55,540 bases of DNA from an uncultured Methanomicrobiales archaeon. Its GTDB lineage: Archaea; Halobacteriota; Methanomicrobia; Methanomicrobiales; Methanospirillaceae. The number at the start of each line of letters is the position of its first letter. Position 1 is the first letter of the stretch. The DNA is taken from positions 1 through 55,540 of the forward strand of contig CAIJED010000340.1 of the NCBI GenBank assembly GCA_903819595.1. Reading direction: 5' to 3'. Under the pieces are notes generated by a model. It worked only from the letters and a program-made list of their open reading frames with translations, ran no database searches and had not been told where the DNA came from. Shown piece by piece: positions 20,115-31,015 of the stretch. Position numbers and translations under genes: made by a program.

Positions 20115-21116
20115 CTAAAACCATCGATCCAGTGTCTTTTGACCGGCTTTCCCCGCAATCCCTTCAAGCGCTTTTCTCACCCGTTCTATTGAAAAGTCAT
20201 ACTCCCCGCAGAGCATCTCCTCGATCTGTACCGCATCAGGTGGATGCCAGGCGAGGTCATACTCACTGGTGACCGGAGGGTGTAAGAAAAAGTCCATCAC
20301 CGGGCCTGGATCGAAATCCGGTTCCCTCTCTAACATGGTCTTCTCAAATTTTCCTTCTTTTACCAGTTTAAGGCCTGTTTTTGGGCCGATCCCTTTTACG
20401 CCAGGGTTGAAATCATTCCCGATCAGTACCGCGATCTGGACGAGCTGCCCGCGGGTGATATCAAGCCCTTTCAGGACATCGGCGAGGGTGACCCGTTCCG
20501 GGTTTAACGTCACGCTTCTCCCGTGAATTTTCCGTTTTCCACTGATCGTCAAGTTTCTGACCAGCAACGGGACACCGAAGAGCAGTGTATCATAGTCCTG
20601 CGATACTACATAGGACGCATTACCCTGCATGACCATGTGAGCCGCCTGCGCCTCCCCCTCGCTTGGTGCCTCGATGCAGGGGATCCCCATCAGGCCCAGG
20701 AGTTTTTTTGAGGTCTCGATAATGTCCCGGTCGACCCTTGATGATGAACGTGCCTGCTTGTATGCCTCTTCGGTGTCCCCCCGTAGAAGCGCTTCCTTCA
20801 TGCGTTCCCCAGCGAGTTCCCGAATACTCCTCCGCTCTTCGATCGTCTTTTGTTTAAAATCCGGCGGGGGCCCGTCGAATACATACACAGGCCTGACCCC
20901 TTTGTCGAGGAAATTTGCATTCCGGAAGAGAATACCCGAAAGGTGAGACGTGACACGGCCTTTTTTGTCCATCAGGGGTGTTCCGTCAGGCTGGCGGATA
21001 ATAGAAAGGAACTGGTAGAGTGCATTGTGGGCGTCGACTGCCGCCACTCCCGGGAGTGCTTCCCATGCGACAGGCCCTTTGTATTCGATGATGATATCAC
21101 GTAACGCGACTCCCAT
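20115..21116 (-). CDS. fen: Flap endonuclease 1
   Basis: DAHNALYQFLSIIRQPDG, SEGEAQ, SQDYD, PIP box QKTLDRWF. Confidence 0.98.
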   Translation of the reverse strand: MGVALRDIIIEYKGPVAWEALPGVAAVDAHNALYQFLSIIRQPDGTPLMDKKGRVTSHLSGILFRNANFLDKGVRPVYVFDGPPPDFKQKTIEERRSIRELAGERMKEALLRGDTEEAYKQARSSSRVDRDIIETSKKLLGLMGIPCIEAPSEGEAQAAHMVMQGNASYVVSQDYDTLLFGVPLLVRNLTISGKRKIHGRSVTLNPERVTLADVLKGLDITRGQLVQIAVLIGNDFNPGVKGIGPKTGLKLVKEGKFEKTMLEREPDFDPGPVMDFFLHPPVTSEYDLAWHPPDAVQIEEMLCGEYDFSIERVRKALEGIAGKAGQKTLDRWF

Positions 21117-21139
21117 GGTACCTCATAAAAATGTGTATC

Positions 21140-21454
21140 CTAGCGGTAGATACGTTTCCCGAATTCGTTGATTACGTTATCAAGATGGGTGGCAGTTGCA
21201 TCGTATTTCTGGACCAGGTTCGCTGAAATCTCCTCCAGGTTCGCCCTGATTGCCTTGTCACGTACCTGGATGCTGCGTTCCAGTGAACGGATCCTGATGC
21301 TCTGCGACAGGAGGAGCCCCCCAAGTGCAAGCATCATCAGTATTGCACCCAGGGCGATTGTTATATCATACCAGAGGCGCGTGACAAGTGCGAGCGTGGC
21401 AACAACGAGGATAATCACCAGGATGATGTCGCGCGCGTAATCCCGAATATCCAT
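21140..21454 (-). CDS. Hypothetical membrane protein (2 TM + coiled coil)
   Basis: Hydrophobic N-terminal half, amphipathic C-terminal half, directly upstream of fen. Confidence 0.75.
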   Translation of the reverse strand: MDIRDYARDIILVIILVVATLALVTRLWYDITIALGAILMMLALGGLLLSQSIRIRSLERSIQVRDKAIRANLEEISANLVQKYDATATHLDNVINEFGKRIYR

Positions 21455-21511
21455 GCTTTTAGATAATGAAGGCCAACTAATTAAACTACCTATGGAGAAT
21501 GGAGTGTTATT

Positions 21512-22414
21512 ATGGAGTTGAAACAGCTGGTCCCGCTGGCGGGAATGCTGGTTATGCTGGTCCTTGTCGAAATTGCTGCGATACTTCTGTCACTCCCCAT
21601 GAAGGCGGCAGGAATTTCAGCATTCGAAGACCCTTCGTCAATATTAAATCCCCTGATTTTTATCGTGATCCTCCTCCTGTTTACGGCAGCGCTCCTGGTG
21701 CTCCTGAAGTACCGCTACCGGCAACTGATCATTGCCATCATTGCCATCTCGATATTTTTTACGTTTGTTTATATTTTCAGCTCCATTGTGACCCTTTTCA
21801 CCAGCAACGAGATCGTTGCGGTGGTCGTGCCTCTCGCGCTGTCGGGGGGGGCAATTGCCCTCCTGTACCGGTTCCCGGAATGGTATGTCATTGATACGCT
21901 TGGGATCCTTATTGCCGCAGGTGCGGCGTCAATTTTTGGGATATCGCTCGGGATTGTGCCGGTCATTCTCCTCCTTGTCCTTCTCGCTCTCTATGACGCC
22001 ATCTCTGTGTACAAGACCCGGCATATGATCACCCTTGCAGAAGGTGTCATGGAGATGAAAACGCCCATTCTCTTCGTTATCCCGAAGAAGGCCAGTTACT
22101 CATATATCCGGGATGGGATCGGAAAGATTGGTGAAGGAGAACGGGGCGCGTTCATTATGGGGATGGGAGACCTCATTATGCCTGCGATCCTCGTGGTCTC
22201 TGCCACTATGTTCATAAAATCAGGCGGGCTGCCATTCATCAATATCCCAGCGATTGGTACCATGATCGGGTCATTGGCCGGCCTTATTGTCCTCCTGTGG
22301 TTCGTGAATAAAGGAAAACCGCAGGCAGGGCTCCCACCATTAAACGGTGGGGCAATCATTGGTTTTCTCGTCGGGTGTGCAATAAGCGGGAGCTGGGGAT
22401 GGATGATCATCTGA
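21512..22414 (+). CDS. Presenilin-homologue GxGD intramembrane aspartyl protease
   Basis: Multi-TM, catalytic YD (LYDAISV) and GMGD, PQAGLPPLN motif. Confidence 0.93.
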   Translation: MELKQLVPLAGMLVMLVLVEIAAILLSLPMKAAGISAFEDPSSILNPLIFIVILLLFTAALLVLLKYRYRQLIIAIIAISIFFTFVYIFSSIVTLFTSNEIVAVVVPLALSGGAIALLYRFPEWYVIDTLGILIAAGAASIFGISLGIVPVILLLVLLALYDAISVYKTRHMITLAEGVMEMKTPILFVIPKKASYSYIRDGIGKIGEGERGAFIMGMGDLIMPAILVVSATMFIKSGGLPFINIPAIGTMIGSLAGLIVLLWFVNKGKPQAGLPPLNGGAIIGFLVGCAISGSWGWMII

Positions 22415-22514
22415 TTACCCGAATAATACCCGGAACTTTTTTAAAAACCTGGAAATACCTGGTCTCATCTAAAAATTGTTGATAGTTTAATTATTTTATA
22501 TAGGGTACGCCATT

Positions 22515-23483
22515 TCAGTACGTGATAGGGTAGGGTTCGGGCTCTTCCACGGGTCCGGGTTCCCGCCAGTATTCCATGATCGTATGAAGGACCTCGTCAA
22601 CCCCCGAGTTCTGGCCGGTTGACATCAGGGGATAACCGTCCAGGCCTTTGATATCAGATTTATTTGCCACTGCGATGACCGGGATATCGATCGTACTGGT
22701 AATTTCCTCGTAGAGTTTTATCTGGTCTTCAAGAGGGAACCCGCAATGTTCGCTCGGGTCAAGGATGAAGAGGATCACATCGGCAATATTCGTAATTGCT
22801 GCCATCGCCTGCCGTTCGATGGGGTTTCTCTCCTCCGGCAGCCGGTCAAGTACACCCGGGGTGTCGATAAACTGCATCCGTTTCCTGCCGTCCACCCGGT
22901 GTCCGACAATGACACCTTTCGTCGTAAATGGGTACGAAGCCACCTCCGGGTCAGCGGTGGAAACCAGCCTGATGAAGGATGATTTACCGACATTCGGGTA
23001 CCCGGCGATCACGACCGTGAAAATGTCTTCTACATGCGGGAGCTTCCGGACGACGTTTCGTACATCATTTAAGAACCGCAGCTCGGAGTCTATCTGGTGG
23101 ACGACTGAAGCGAGCCGTGCTACTGCCCGTTTTCTTGCGGCCATCGGATCAGCGCCCCGACGTGTCTCGTATATCAGGTCAGGGCCGTGGAGACGGGACC
23201 ACCTGGCTGCCCATCCGATCGCCCCGAGGGCTTTTTTCAGCCTAGGAATTCCGTACAGGATATCAACAGTCTCCCGGTAAAAAGGGGGGAGGGTCTCGAA
23301 TTCAGGGAATGTCTGGATCACATGGACCAGCCGGTCGTGGATAGAATGACTGACCGCCCGCACGAAGTCCTGGTTTGCGCGGTCTTTATTCGCTTTTAAT
23401 TTCATTTTAGCCGCAGCACGCCGGAAACACTTGTCAAGGACTTCGTCAGCGGTCGGTACGGTCGGGATTCTCTCAAATTCCAC
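22515..23483 (-). CDS. NOG1-family GTP-binding protein
   Basis: GYPNVGKSS, YPFTTK, DTPG, RNPIE, NKSD. Confidence 0.95.
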   Translation of the reverse strand: MEFERIPTVPTADEVLDKCFRRAAAKMKLKANKDRANQDFVRAVSHSIHDRLVHVIQTFPEFETLPPFYRETVDILYGIPRLKKALGAIGWAARWSRLHGPDLIYETRRGADPMAARKRAVARLASVVHQIDSELRFLNDVRNVVRKLPHVEDIFTVVIAGYPNVGKSSFIRLVSTADPEVASYPFTTKGVIVGHRVDGRKRMQFIDTPGVLDRLPEERNPIERQAMAAITNIADVILFILDPSEHCGFPLEDQIKLYEEITSTIDIPVIAVANKSDIKGLDGYPLMSTGQNSGVDEVLHTIMEYWREPGPVEEPEPYPITY

Positions 23484-23529
23484 AGAAGTTCAACCTAACC
23501 TATTTATGGTACTCCCATGATTAATCATT

Positions 23530-24408
23530 ATGGATCTTTCCCTTATTCAGAAAGACATCCTGATCACACTAATTTCGCTCTACCAGAAGCATTCCCATCC
23601 AATTAAAGGGGAAGATATCGCGGATGTCATTAAGCGGAACCCTGGCACGATACGAAACCAGATGCAGTCCCTTAAAGCGATAGGGCTGGTTGACGGGGTG
23701 CCGGGTCCGAAGGGTGGGTATAACCCGACGGCCCTTGCCTTCCGGGAACTTGACCTTGACAGTACGGACGAGGATTCTGATGTCCGTATCTCGCGGAACG
23801 GCGAGACCGTGACGGGTGCAAAGGTATCAGAAATAGATTTCACTACTCTCTGTCATCCGGATATTTGTCATGCGTTAATAAAACTGATTGGAAGTACCAA
23901 GATCTTCGAGATCGGTGACCAGATTACGATTGGCCCGACGCCGGTCAACAAGCTCCTGATCCGTGGGGAGGTGTACGGAAAAGACGAGATGGAACAGTCA
24001 CTGCTGATTTCCACCCAGGAGATGATCTCACTGCCGAAAAAATCGATCCGGCATTACATGAGTACCCCGATCCTCTCTCTTCCGTCCGGAGCCACCATTC
24101 GTGATGCACTCCACCTCTTCAATACCCGTCATATCCATGGTGCCCCGGTTATTGGAACCCGCGGCCTTGAAGGGATAGTCACCCAGTCTGACGTGATTAA
24201 TGCAATAGATAATGAAATGCCCTTAACGACGAAGGTCAATACGGTCATGACCCTGGATGTCGTAAAAGCATCAGCTGACGTCCAGCTCTTTGAGGTGATC
24301 GGCAGGTTCAAGGAGCGTCAGATCGGCCGGCTGGTGGTCGTTGAAGGGGATGTCCCAGTCGGGATTCTTACCCAGTCGGATATCATCAGGGTATTCCCAT
24401 CGCTTTAG
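23530..24408 (+). CDS. wHTH + CBS-pair transcriptional regulator
   Basis: N-terminal RNPGTIRNQMQSLK...GPKGGY, C-terminal tandem CBS domains. Confidence 0.9.
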   Translation: MDLSLIQKDILITLISLYQKHSHPIKGEDIADVIKRNPGTIRNQMQSLKAIGLVDGVPGPKGGYNPTALAFRELDLDSTDEDSDVRISRNGETVTGAKVSEIDFTTLCHPDICHALIKLIGSTKIFEIGDQITIGPTPVNKLLIRGEVYGKDEMEQSLLISTQEMISLPKKSIRHYMSTPILSLPSGATIRDALHLFNTRHIHGAPVIGTRGLEGIVTQSDVINAIDNEMPLTTKVNTVMTLDVVKASADVQLFEVIGRFKERQIGRLVVVEGDVPVGILTQSDIIRVFPSL

Positions 24409-24808
24409 GCTGGGGACTGGCAAACACGTCGGGAGATACATTCGTCAGTTGACAGGATAACATAAAAGGGATATGGCCCGGTCTTTTCATCTGTCCGGGT
24501 CGCATTACTGCCGCTGTGAATTGCGGGATCTGCGGGATCCACATGATGTGCAATGTTTACGGCCTATTCCGGAAGATCATTATCCTGGAGATCTCACGGG
24601 GGGCTCATCTATTTATGGCTCTACTCTAAACAGATTTTACACCTTCCCTAACATAATGCATGGTGATTGAGACTCTTCCGGTTTTCCAGGCCGGGGTCCT
24701 TATAAGACAAAACACGACGGGCCTTTTGCCAGTCAGCGATTCCGGTGGAATTTAAAAAAGAAGGCAGGACCGGTAGCATGGGAAGAGCAAAAAGGAGTAC
24801 ATGATATC

Positions 24809-25018
24809 ATGACAGAAATTCCAATTGCACCAGTAATGAGGATTATCCGGAAGACCGGTGCTGACCGGGTCAGCAACGAGGCAGGAGAGGCCCTTGCAGA
24901 CCTGATGGAGCAATATGGCCAGAAAATTGCAAAAGAAGCGTTGAAACTTGCATCTCATGCAGACCGGAAGACAATAACCGCGCATGATGTCAGGATGGCT
25001 GCTGAGATCCTCAGCTAG
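24809..25018 (+). CDS. Archaeal histone (HMf family)
   Basis: EIPIAPVMRIIRKTGADRVS...HADRKTITAHDV, 69 aa, GGAG upstream. Confidence 0.96.
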   Translation: MTEIPIAPVMRIIRKTGADRVSNEAGEALADLMEQYGQKIAKEALKLASHADRKTITAHDVRMAAEILS

Positions 25019-25104
25019 GAATAATCAACGTTTTACCGATTTTCTCATCAATCTTTCGAGTTTTTTAAACATCTTTAAATATTAATATATCATCATTTTT
25101 TTCT

Positions 25105-25356
25105 ATGACACGTATACTCGCTCATCAGCTTTCAAAAAAGAAAATCATGACAACTGAGGGAAAGGTCATCGGGACCCTCAAGAATATCATCATCGACGAT
25201 GAGACCGGCCAGGTGATAGACCTGATCATACACCCGGATTCTTCCTTTGATACCTCAGGGTACCGTCTTGAAGGTGAGAAACTCTATATAAATTTTGAAG
25301 CAGTAAAAGACATCAAGGACTATATTGTCGTTGACCGTTACCTATCAAGAAAATGA
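25105..25356 (+). CDS. PRC-barrel domain protein
   Basis: IMTTEGKVIGTLKNIIIDDETG...VKDIKDYIVV. Confidence 0.9.
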   Translation: MTRILAHQLSKKKIMTTEGKVIGTLKNIIIDDETGQVIDLIIHPDSSFDTSGYRLEGEKLYINFEAVKDIKDYIVVDRYLSRK

Positions 25357-26036
25357 GCTGAATACTCCTGCACCGCCTCAATAAACCCATCTCCATAACT
25401 GTTTTTAGCGATATATCCTGCAACGGCCTTTACCCCGGGATGGCCGTTTGCAACGGTAGCCCCGACCCCTGCAGCTCGAAGCATCTCAATATCGTTTATT
25501 GCGTCGCCAATCGCGAAAAATTCATCAGGCGGGATCATCAGGTCATTGGACAGGTCCATAAATGCGGTGGCCTTGTTGACACCTTTTGCCTGGAGATGGA
25601 TGGCAAAACCGGTATCAATCACCAGTACATCATTGCCCGGGAGCAATTGTTCTACGTCTTCGGGAGGAACGGTCCGCAGGAAAGCGACATCCGCATAGCG
25701 GTACTGGGGGCTGAGTAAATGAAGGGGAGTCCCGGTATCCCGGTAGTGTTCCTGTACTACCCGGAATGCCTCGAGACAGGCGGGTTGATCACCATGGATA
25801 TGGAGTTCCCCTGAGAATCCAATCCGGTAAACGCCACCATTTTCCGCAATAAATGTCCCGGATGTACCGATCATGCGGCACAGTGCATCCATGAAGCAAG
25901 AGGTATTCCCGCTTGCCAGCACAACCTCCACGCCACGTGAGACCAGCTCCCTGATGGTCGTGATCGCCCCGGTGTGCAGGAAACGGCCCTGATCAGTGAT
26001 GGTGCCGTCTACATCTGTCAGGAGTGCCCTCAGCAC
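25338..26036 (-). CDS. Phosphoglycolate phosphatase (SPP-like HAD)
   Basis: [26 protein letters not shown]. Confidence 0.92.
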   Translation of the reverse strand: MLRALLTDVDGTITDQGRFLHTGAITTIRELVSRGVEVVLASGNTSCFMDALCRMIGTSGTFIAENGGVYRIGFSGELHIHGDQPACLEAFRVVQEHYRDTGTPLHLLSPQYRYADVAFLRTVPPEDVEQLLPGNDVLVIDTGFAIHLQAKGVNKATAFMDLSNDLMIPPDEFFAIGDAINDIEMLRAAGVGATVANGHPGVKAVAGYIAKNSYGDGFIEAVQEYSAHFLDR

Positions 26037-27007
26037 GGCTTGAGACCTGCCTCTTCAACCATGAACGGCGCTTCACCCTCGGGCAGGTTCGGGCTGTCCA
26101 CGAGGCGGGCAATTCTTTTCCCACCCTTGCTTTTCCGGAGGTATAACCTGAATGTGGCGGTATGGCCCACAATGTTACCACCGATTGGCTTTGTAGGGTC
26201 ACCGAAGAATACGGCCGGGTTCGACATTACCTGGTTTGTCACCAGCGCCACGGCATTGTTCTCGTCGACGAGCTTGAACAGTTCATGCATGTGCCGGTTC
26301 AGTTTCTGCTGCCGGGTGGCAAGGGTACCCCGGCCTGCGTATTCTGCCCGGAAGTGTGCAGTCAGGGAATCGATGATAAACAGCCGGACCGGCATATCGG
26401 ACTCCTTCATCTCGGCGGCACGCTCGCGTGCGGTATCAATGAGTAGCATCTGGTGATCTGACGTGTGGGCACGAGCGACATGGATGTTTTTCAACACCTC
26501 CTGCGGGTCGGGATGGTCTACTTCAAGACCGTTCACCATCTGCTCGATACGTTCAGGCCTGAACGTGTTTTCGGTATCGATGTAGATCGCGCTCCCTTTC
26601 AGTCCCCCGTCAGACTCGGGGAGCTGGACATTTACCGCGAGCTGGTGAACGATCTGACTTTTACCGGACCCGAATTCACCATACATCTCGGTGATCGCCT
26701 GTGTTTCGAGGCCCCCGCCAAGGAGGGCGTCGAGATCGGGGACGCGTGTCTGCAGTTTCCGGACATCCTTCCGCTGCTCGAAGACCTCCTTTCCTGTTTT
26801 GAAACCGCCGATATTGACCATTTCGCGGGCGGCCTTGATCATCTTCTTTGCAGCGGCCTCTCCAATCTCCGCGGTTTCCGAGAGATCGAGCGGGGATGCT
26901 GTTGCAATGCTTTCAACGGTGACAAATCCGGCATCCCGGAGTTTCTCGGCAGTGGTTGGACCAACGCCGGGTAAGTCATCAAGTTCCAGTGGACCTGTGG
27001 TGGTCAT
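26030..27007 (-). CDS. radA: DNA repair and recombination protein RadA
   Basis: Hh[34 protein letters not shown]. No intein. Confidence 0.99.
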   Translation of the reverse strand: MTTTGPLELDDLPGVGPTTAEKLRDAGFVTVESIATASPLDLSETAEIGEAAAKKMIKAAREMVNIGGFKTGKEVFEQRKDVRKLQTRVPDLDALLGGGLETQAITEMYGEFGSGKSQIVHQLAVNVQLPESDGGLKGSAIYIDTENTFRPERIEQMVNGLEVDHPDPQEVLKNIHVARAHTSDHQMLLIDTARERAAEMKESDMPVRLFIIDSLTAHFRAEYAGRGTLATRQQKLNRHMHELFKLVDENNAVALVTNQVMSNPAVFFGDPTKPIGGNIVGHTATFRLYLRKSKGGKRIARLVDSPNLPEGEAPFMVEEAGLKPC

Positions 27008-27156
27008 TTCTTATCTACCTCTTATGAAAATAACATCATATACTCTCGCTTATATTCCTCGGGCATGTGCGCAGGGTGAAAGTGAAAAAAACCGGTCACG
27101 GGAAAATTCAGCCCGCTGTGTACTGGTTCACTGATATGTTGCAGGCAGCCCGCATA

Positions 27157-28488
27157 TCAGGAAACGTGGTCGGGATGGTCCTGACTTCCTGGTCGTACCG
27201 AATCAATCTGTTCTTTCAGGCACCGGCACCTTACAAGGACCTTTTCAGGGGATAGTTCTACTGCCTCGATAGTTTCCGGGGTGATCGTATGACCGGTAAG
27301 CGTGCCGGTTACACGGACTTCGCGGCCATGAGTATGTTCGCCTTGAATCAGGTAGGAGGTCGTCCCGTCATCAATCCATGTTCCATTCCGGTCAGCCAGG
27401 ACCGTCCCCTGGATTTCTATTGGCTGCCCGAATACCCGGGTCTCAACAGAGATTGAACTGCCCCGCCCGACACTCAGTTCCCGCTCACCCGTTCTTCCAA
27501 CCCGGGCAGTGGCATTATAAATTGCAATGGAGTCCCCCAAAAAATAATGTTTAACTGCGATATCTCCCCAGAATACTACCCTGATCTCACCGGTTTCATC
27601 CCTGACCAGGATATTTCTCACATGGGACCGGGAGCCATCTTTCGCGAAAAAAGACCTCGCAGGCAGCACCGTGGAAATTGTCCCCCTGACAGAATACACC
27701 CCGTCGTCGCCTACTCCTGCAATGGAGTTCATCAGCACTTCAATTTCCAATTCTATCTCTTCTACTGTGCTTTTTTCATCTACACTGTATTCCCTCACGG
27801 GTGGGCGTGAGCGGTCGACCGCACTGGTAATACGTAATGTTGTCCCGGGTAGCAGATTATCCAGGATTTCCGGTATCCAGCAGATGAGCCGCGCTGTCCC
27901 GGTCCCGTCTCCAATGACACAACTACGCATCTCTCCCCCGGTCCCGTCACGGCGAGTGAAAAACCTGGGCTCCTCCAGTGAAAGTAACCTCGCCTCAATT
28001 GTTCTGCGTTCTGCCGGCGCCGTGTTGAGCGGCGGTATATTGCTCCTGCATTCGATCTCGCAGGTGGCTTTGCGGATGGCCAGTGCCATGATATCACCCG
28101 GTCGTTTTCCCGTTTTCCCGATGACTTCGAGGACGTCACCGTTCTCGATCTCCTGGGCAGCCATGGCTTTCTCGTCCCAGAGGACTAATTTTGTCTCGCC
28201 TGTCTCATCTCCGACAAGGACCGTGGCAACGAGGCCTTTCTCCCCGTCGGAGCGATCGAACTCCTTTGGTTCACTCTTTTCGATGACTTTTGCAAAAAAA
28301 GAGAAAAGACTTGATTTTGCCACCAGGCCATGGATCTTCACGTGCTGGCGGCCAAGGTCGGCGACGACCAGCATTGCACCCGCCAGTTCATCGACGAGGT
28401 CTCCGCATTCCCGGACCTTCTCATCTACACGTCGCTCGAATTCCTCCCTGCTGAGCAGGTCGTCAACGAGCGCGTAGTGGAACTGCAC
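27157..28488 (-). CDS. rpa: Replication protein A (multi-OB-fold ssDNA-binding)
   Basis: Repeated OB motifs (GDETGETKLVLW, GDGTGTARLICW, RDETGEIRVVFW), adjacent to radA. Confidence 0.85.
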   Translation of the reverse strand: MQFHYALVDDLLSREEFERRVDEKVRECGDLVDELAGAMLVVADLGRQHVKIHGLVAKSSLFSFFAKVIEKSEPKEFDRSDGEKGLVATVLVGDETGETKLVLWDEKAMAAQEIENGDVLEVIGKTGKRPGDIMALAIRKATCEIECRSNIPPLNTAPAERRTIEARLLSLEEPRFFTRRDGTGGEMRSCVIGDGTGTARLICWIPEILDNLLPGTTLRITSAVDRSRPPVREYSVDEKSTVEEIELEIEVLMNSIAGVGDDGVYSVRGTISTVLPARSFFAKDGSRSHVRNILVRDETGEIRVVFWGDIAVKHYFLGDSIAIYNATARVGRTGERELSVGRGSSISVETRVFGQPIEIQGTVLADRNGTWIDDGTTSYLIQGEHTHGREVRVTGTLTGHTITPETIEAVELSPEKVLVRCRCLKEQIDSVRPGSQDHPDHVS

Positions 28489-28504
28489 CGGGGTGACCTC
28501 TCAC

Positions 28505-29803
28505 TTACCGCTGCTGCTGCCACGGCGGTGTGACCATCGTTGACGTGACGTCCTTTGTGGTCTCTCTAATCCGCATCAGTGCCTTATCTTCTCCATGTAC
28601 GAGGACTTCGGCAGATCGGGGCCGGCAGTTGTACTGGGATGCCATGGAAAACCCGTAGGCCCCTGTATCAAGGACTGCAATGATGTCCCCCGCTTCTACT
28701 GCCGGGAGTAGCCGGTCAGCGGCCAGAATATCCCCTGTCTCACAGATCGGACCTGCGATAGAATAGGTCTCTTCTGCCGGAGACGAGGCCTTGTTGGCGA
28801 CGATGACTTCGTGGTAGGAGTTGTACATGGTCGGCCTGATGAGAAGGTTGAACCCTGCATCGACATTGGCAAAATTTTTATGGCCAAATTTGACCGAATT
28901 TACACGGGTAAGGAGTACCGAAGAATCGGCCACAAGATATCTGCCCGGCTCCACCCAGAGTTCAGGGCTGATACCGGCATCGGTGATCCCTTCGAGAAAC
29001 ACCGGTACTACTGCCCGGGCATACTCTTCAGGGGTTGGTCGAGGATCGGTGTCGTGGTGGTAAGGGATACCGAGTCCACCGCCAAGGTCCACAAATTCAA
29101 GGGCTACCCCGATCCCGGTCAGTTCCTTTGCGACCCTGACCATCACTTCTGTGGCTTTCACAAAGGGTTCGATTTCGAGGATCTGGGAACCAATATGGCA
29201 ATGTACTCCAACCGGCACCACATTGCTGCACGCGATCGCCTCCCTGTACGCCGGGAGGATCTTCTCGTGGGCAATCCCAAACTTGCTTGAAGCGACCCCA
29301 GTCGCAATTTTCGGGTGTGTCGGGATATGGAGTGCAGGGTTGACACGGAATGAGACCCGTGCGTTCTTCCCGGCAGCTTTTGCTGCCGCATCGAGCTGGT
29401 GGAGTTCGTCGAGTGAGTCTACTGATACGGTGACACCATGTGCAACGGCAAGGTTGAGGTCGCTGGGGCTCTTTGAACTCCCGTTAAAGAGGAGGTCTCC
29501 CGGTCTCATCCCCGCAGATAGTGCAAGCTCGAGTTCACCGGATGAGAAGACATCAGCACCGGCACCGAGGTTGCCCAGTGCACGGAGGAGCGAGACGTTT
29601 CCATTGGCCTTTGCGGCATAGAGTACCTTCGATTTCGGGTACAGGGATGCCAGGGCATTCCGGTAACGCTGGTAATTGTCGCAGATCCGCTCTTCATCGG
29701 TTACGTACAGTGGTGTCCCGTACTCATGGGCAAGGGCGACCAGGTCATGCCGGCCGATCAGGAGGTGCCCGTCCTGTACCGAGAGATGTGGGGGGAGGTT
29801 CAC
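28505..29803 (-). CDS. lysA: Diaminopimelate decarboxylase
   Basis: YAAKAN, SKFG, HCHIGSQ, DLGGG, EPGR, GPICETGD. Confidence 0.97.
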   Translation of the reverse strand: MNLPPHLSVQDGHLLIGRHDLVALAHEYGTPLYVTDEERICDNYQRYRNALASLYPKSKVLYAAKANGNVSLLRALGNLGAGADVFSSGELELALSAGMRPGDLLFNGSSKSPSDLNLAVAHGVTVSVDSLDELHQLDAAAKAAGKNARVSFRVNPALHIPTHPKIATGVASSKFGIAHEKILPAYREAIACSNVVPVGVHCHIGSQILEIEPFVKATEVMVRVAKELTGIGVALEFVDLGGGLGIPYHHDTDPRPTPEEYARAVVPVFLEGITDAGISPELWVEPGRYLVADSSVLLTRVNSVKFGHKNFANVDAGFNLLIRPTMYNSYHEVIVANKASSPAEETYSIAGPICETGDILAADRLLPAVEAGDIIAVLDTGAYGFSMASQYNCRPRSAEVLVHGEDKALMRIRETTKDVTSTMVTPPWQQQR

Positions 29804-30948
29804 GCTTCGAGCCCCCGCATCCTGCCAAGTGCTTCGATAATGCGTTCTTTAGGCCTGGTGAGTGCAAACCTGACATAGCCCTCTCCCCCTCGCCCGAAAC
29901 CGACACCCGGTGTCACGACAATACCTGCCTTGTCGAGCATCATGGCAGAAAATTTCATGCAGTCTTCGACCTGCATCCATACATAGAATGTTGCTTTGGG
30001 CAGGGGGACGTCGTAGCCCAGTTCGATGAGTCCCTGTACAAGGATGTCCCGGCGTTCCTGGTAGATCGAACAGGCTTCACGGACACAGTCCTGCGACCCT
30101 TTCAGGGCCGTGATTGCGGCATGCTGCACGGCGTTGAACACTCCTGAGTCCACGTTGGTCTTGACACGGCCAAGCCCTGACAGGATATCCGGGTTGCCTA
30201 CGGCCATCCCGATCCGCCACCCTGTCATATTATAGGTCTTCGAGAGGGAGTGCATCTCGACCCCGACTTCCATCGCCCCTTTCACCTCAAGGAAAGATGG
30301 GGCACGGTAACCGTCATACGCAATTTCAGAATAGGGGTTGTCAGAAACCACAATGATATCATGCTCGCTGGCAAAATCCACCACCTCGCGATAGAAGCCG
30401 GTCGGGGCGACCGCAGCCGTCGGATTGTTGGGATAGTTGATGAACATGAGTTTTGCCATCTTAAGGACGTCCTTTGGGATGTCAGAAAGGACGGGTAAAA
30501 AATTATTCTCCCTTGTAAGCGGCATTTCATGTACCCTGCCCTCAGAGAACAGCGTTCCCGTATAGTACCCAGGGTAACCAGGACTTGGAGCGAGGACGTA
30601 ATCACCCGGGTTGACAAAAGCTTCTCCAATATGGGTAATCCCGTCTTTTGATCCCATCAGGGCGAGTACTTCTTTGCCAGGGTCAAGGGTGACCCCGAAC
30701 CGCATTTTATACCAGTCGGCTACGGCACTCCGGTACTGTGGCATTCCCGCATAATTCGGGTAATGGTGGTTTTCTACATGGTGTGCCGCTTCGCAGAGTG
30801 ATTCCACGATATGGCGGGGTGTCGGGAGGTCCGGGTCACCCACCCCGAGGTCGATGACATCAACGCCGCTCCTTATTTTTTCGGCCTTCATCTCATCGAT
30901 CCGGGCAAAAAGGTAAGGGGGAAGATGGCCCATACGATTTGCGTACAT
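29800..30948 (-). CDS. dapL: LL-diaminopimelate aminotransferase
   Basis: MYANRMGHLPPYLFARID, LGVGDPDLPTP, NYPNNPT, HSLSKTYNMTGWRIG. Overlaps lysA start. Confidence 0.92.
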   Translation of the reverse strand: MYANRMGHLPPYLFARIDEMKAEKIRSGVDVIDLGVGDPDLPTPRHIVESLCEAAHHVENHHYPNYAGMPQYRSAVADWYKMRFGVTLDPGKEVLALMGSKDGITHIGEAFVNPGDYVLAPSPGYPGYYTGTLFSEGRVHEMPLTRENNFLPVLSDIPKDVLKMAKLMFINYPNNPTAAVAPTGFYREVVDFASEHDIIVVSDNPYSEIAYDGYRAPSFLEVKGAMEVGVEMHSLSKTYNMTGWRIGMAVGNPDILSGLGRVKTNVDSGVFNAVQHAAITALKGSQDCVREACSIYQERRDILVQGLIELGYDVPLPKATFYVWMQVEDCMKFSAMMLDKAGIVVTPGVGFGRGGEGYVRFALTRPKERIIEALGRMRGLEA

Positions 30949-31015
30949 GTGCTGTATTTTATGATTTGATGCGATACATCCCTTTCGGCACCATGATCTC
31001 GAACCGGGCACCTTT
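30940..31015. repeat. Cassette repeat half-copy A (kinase tail + dapL start)
   Basis: Contains invariant CGATACATCCCTTTCGGC (30972-30989) and TGCGTACAT (dapL first 3 codons). Lacks the palindrome arm. Confidence 0.92.

Noticed and set aside
26030..27007. Intein in RadA
   Set aside because: Normal 325-aa length with contiguous motifs
30949..31011. N-terminal extension of DapL in the ORF track (and similar short ORFs at 36862-37107 and 38132-38476)
   Set aside because: Alternative-frame read-through of the repeat/kinase tail. DapL homology starts at MYANRM (30948)
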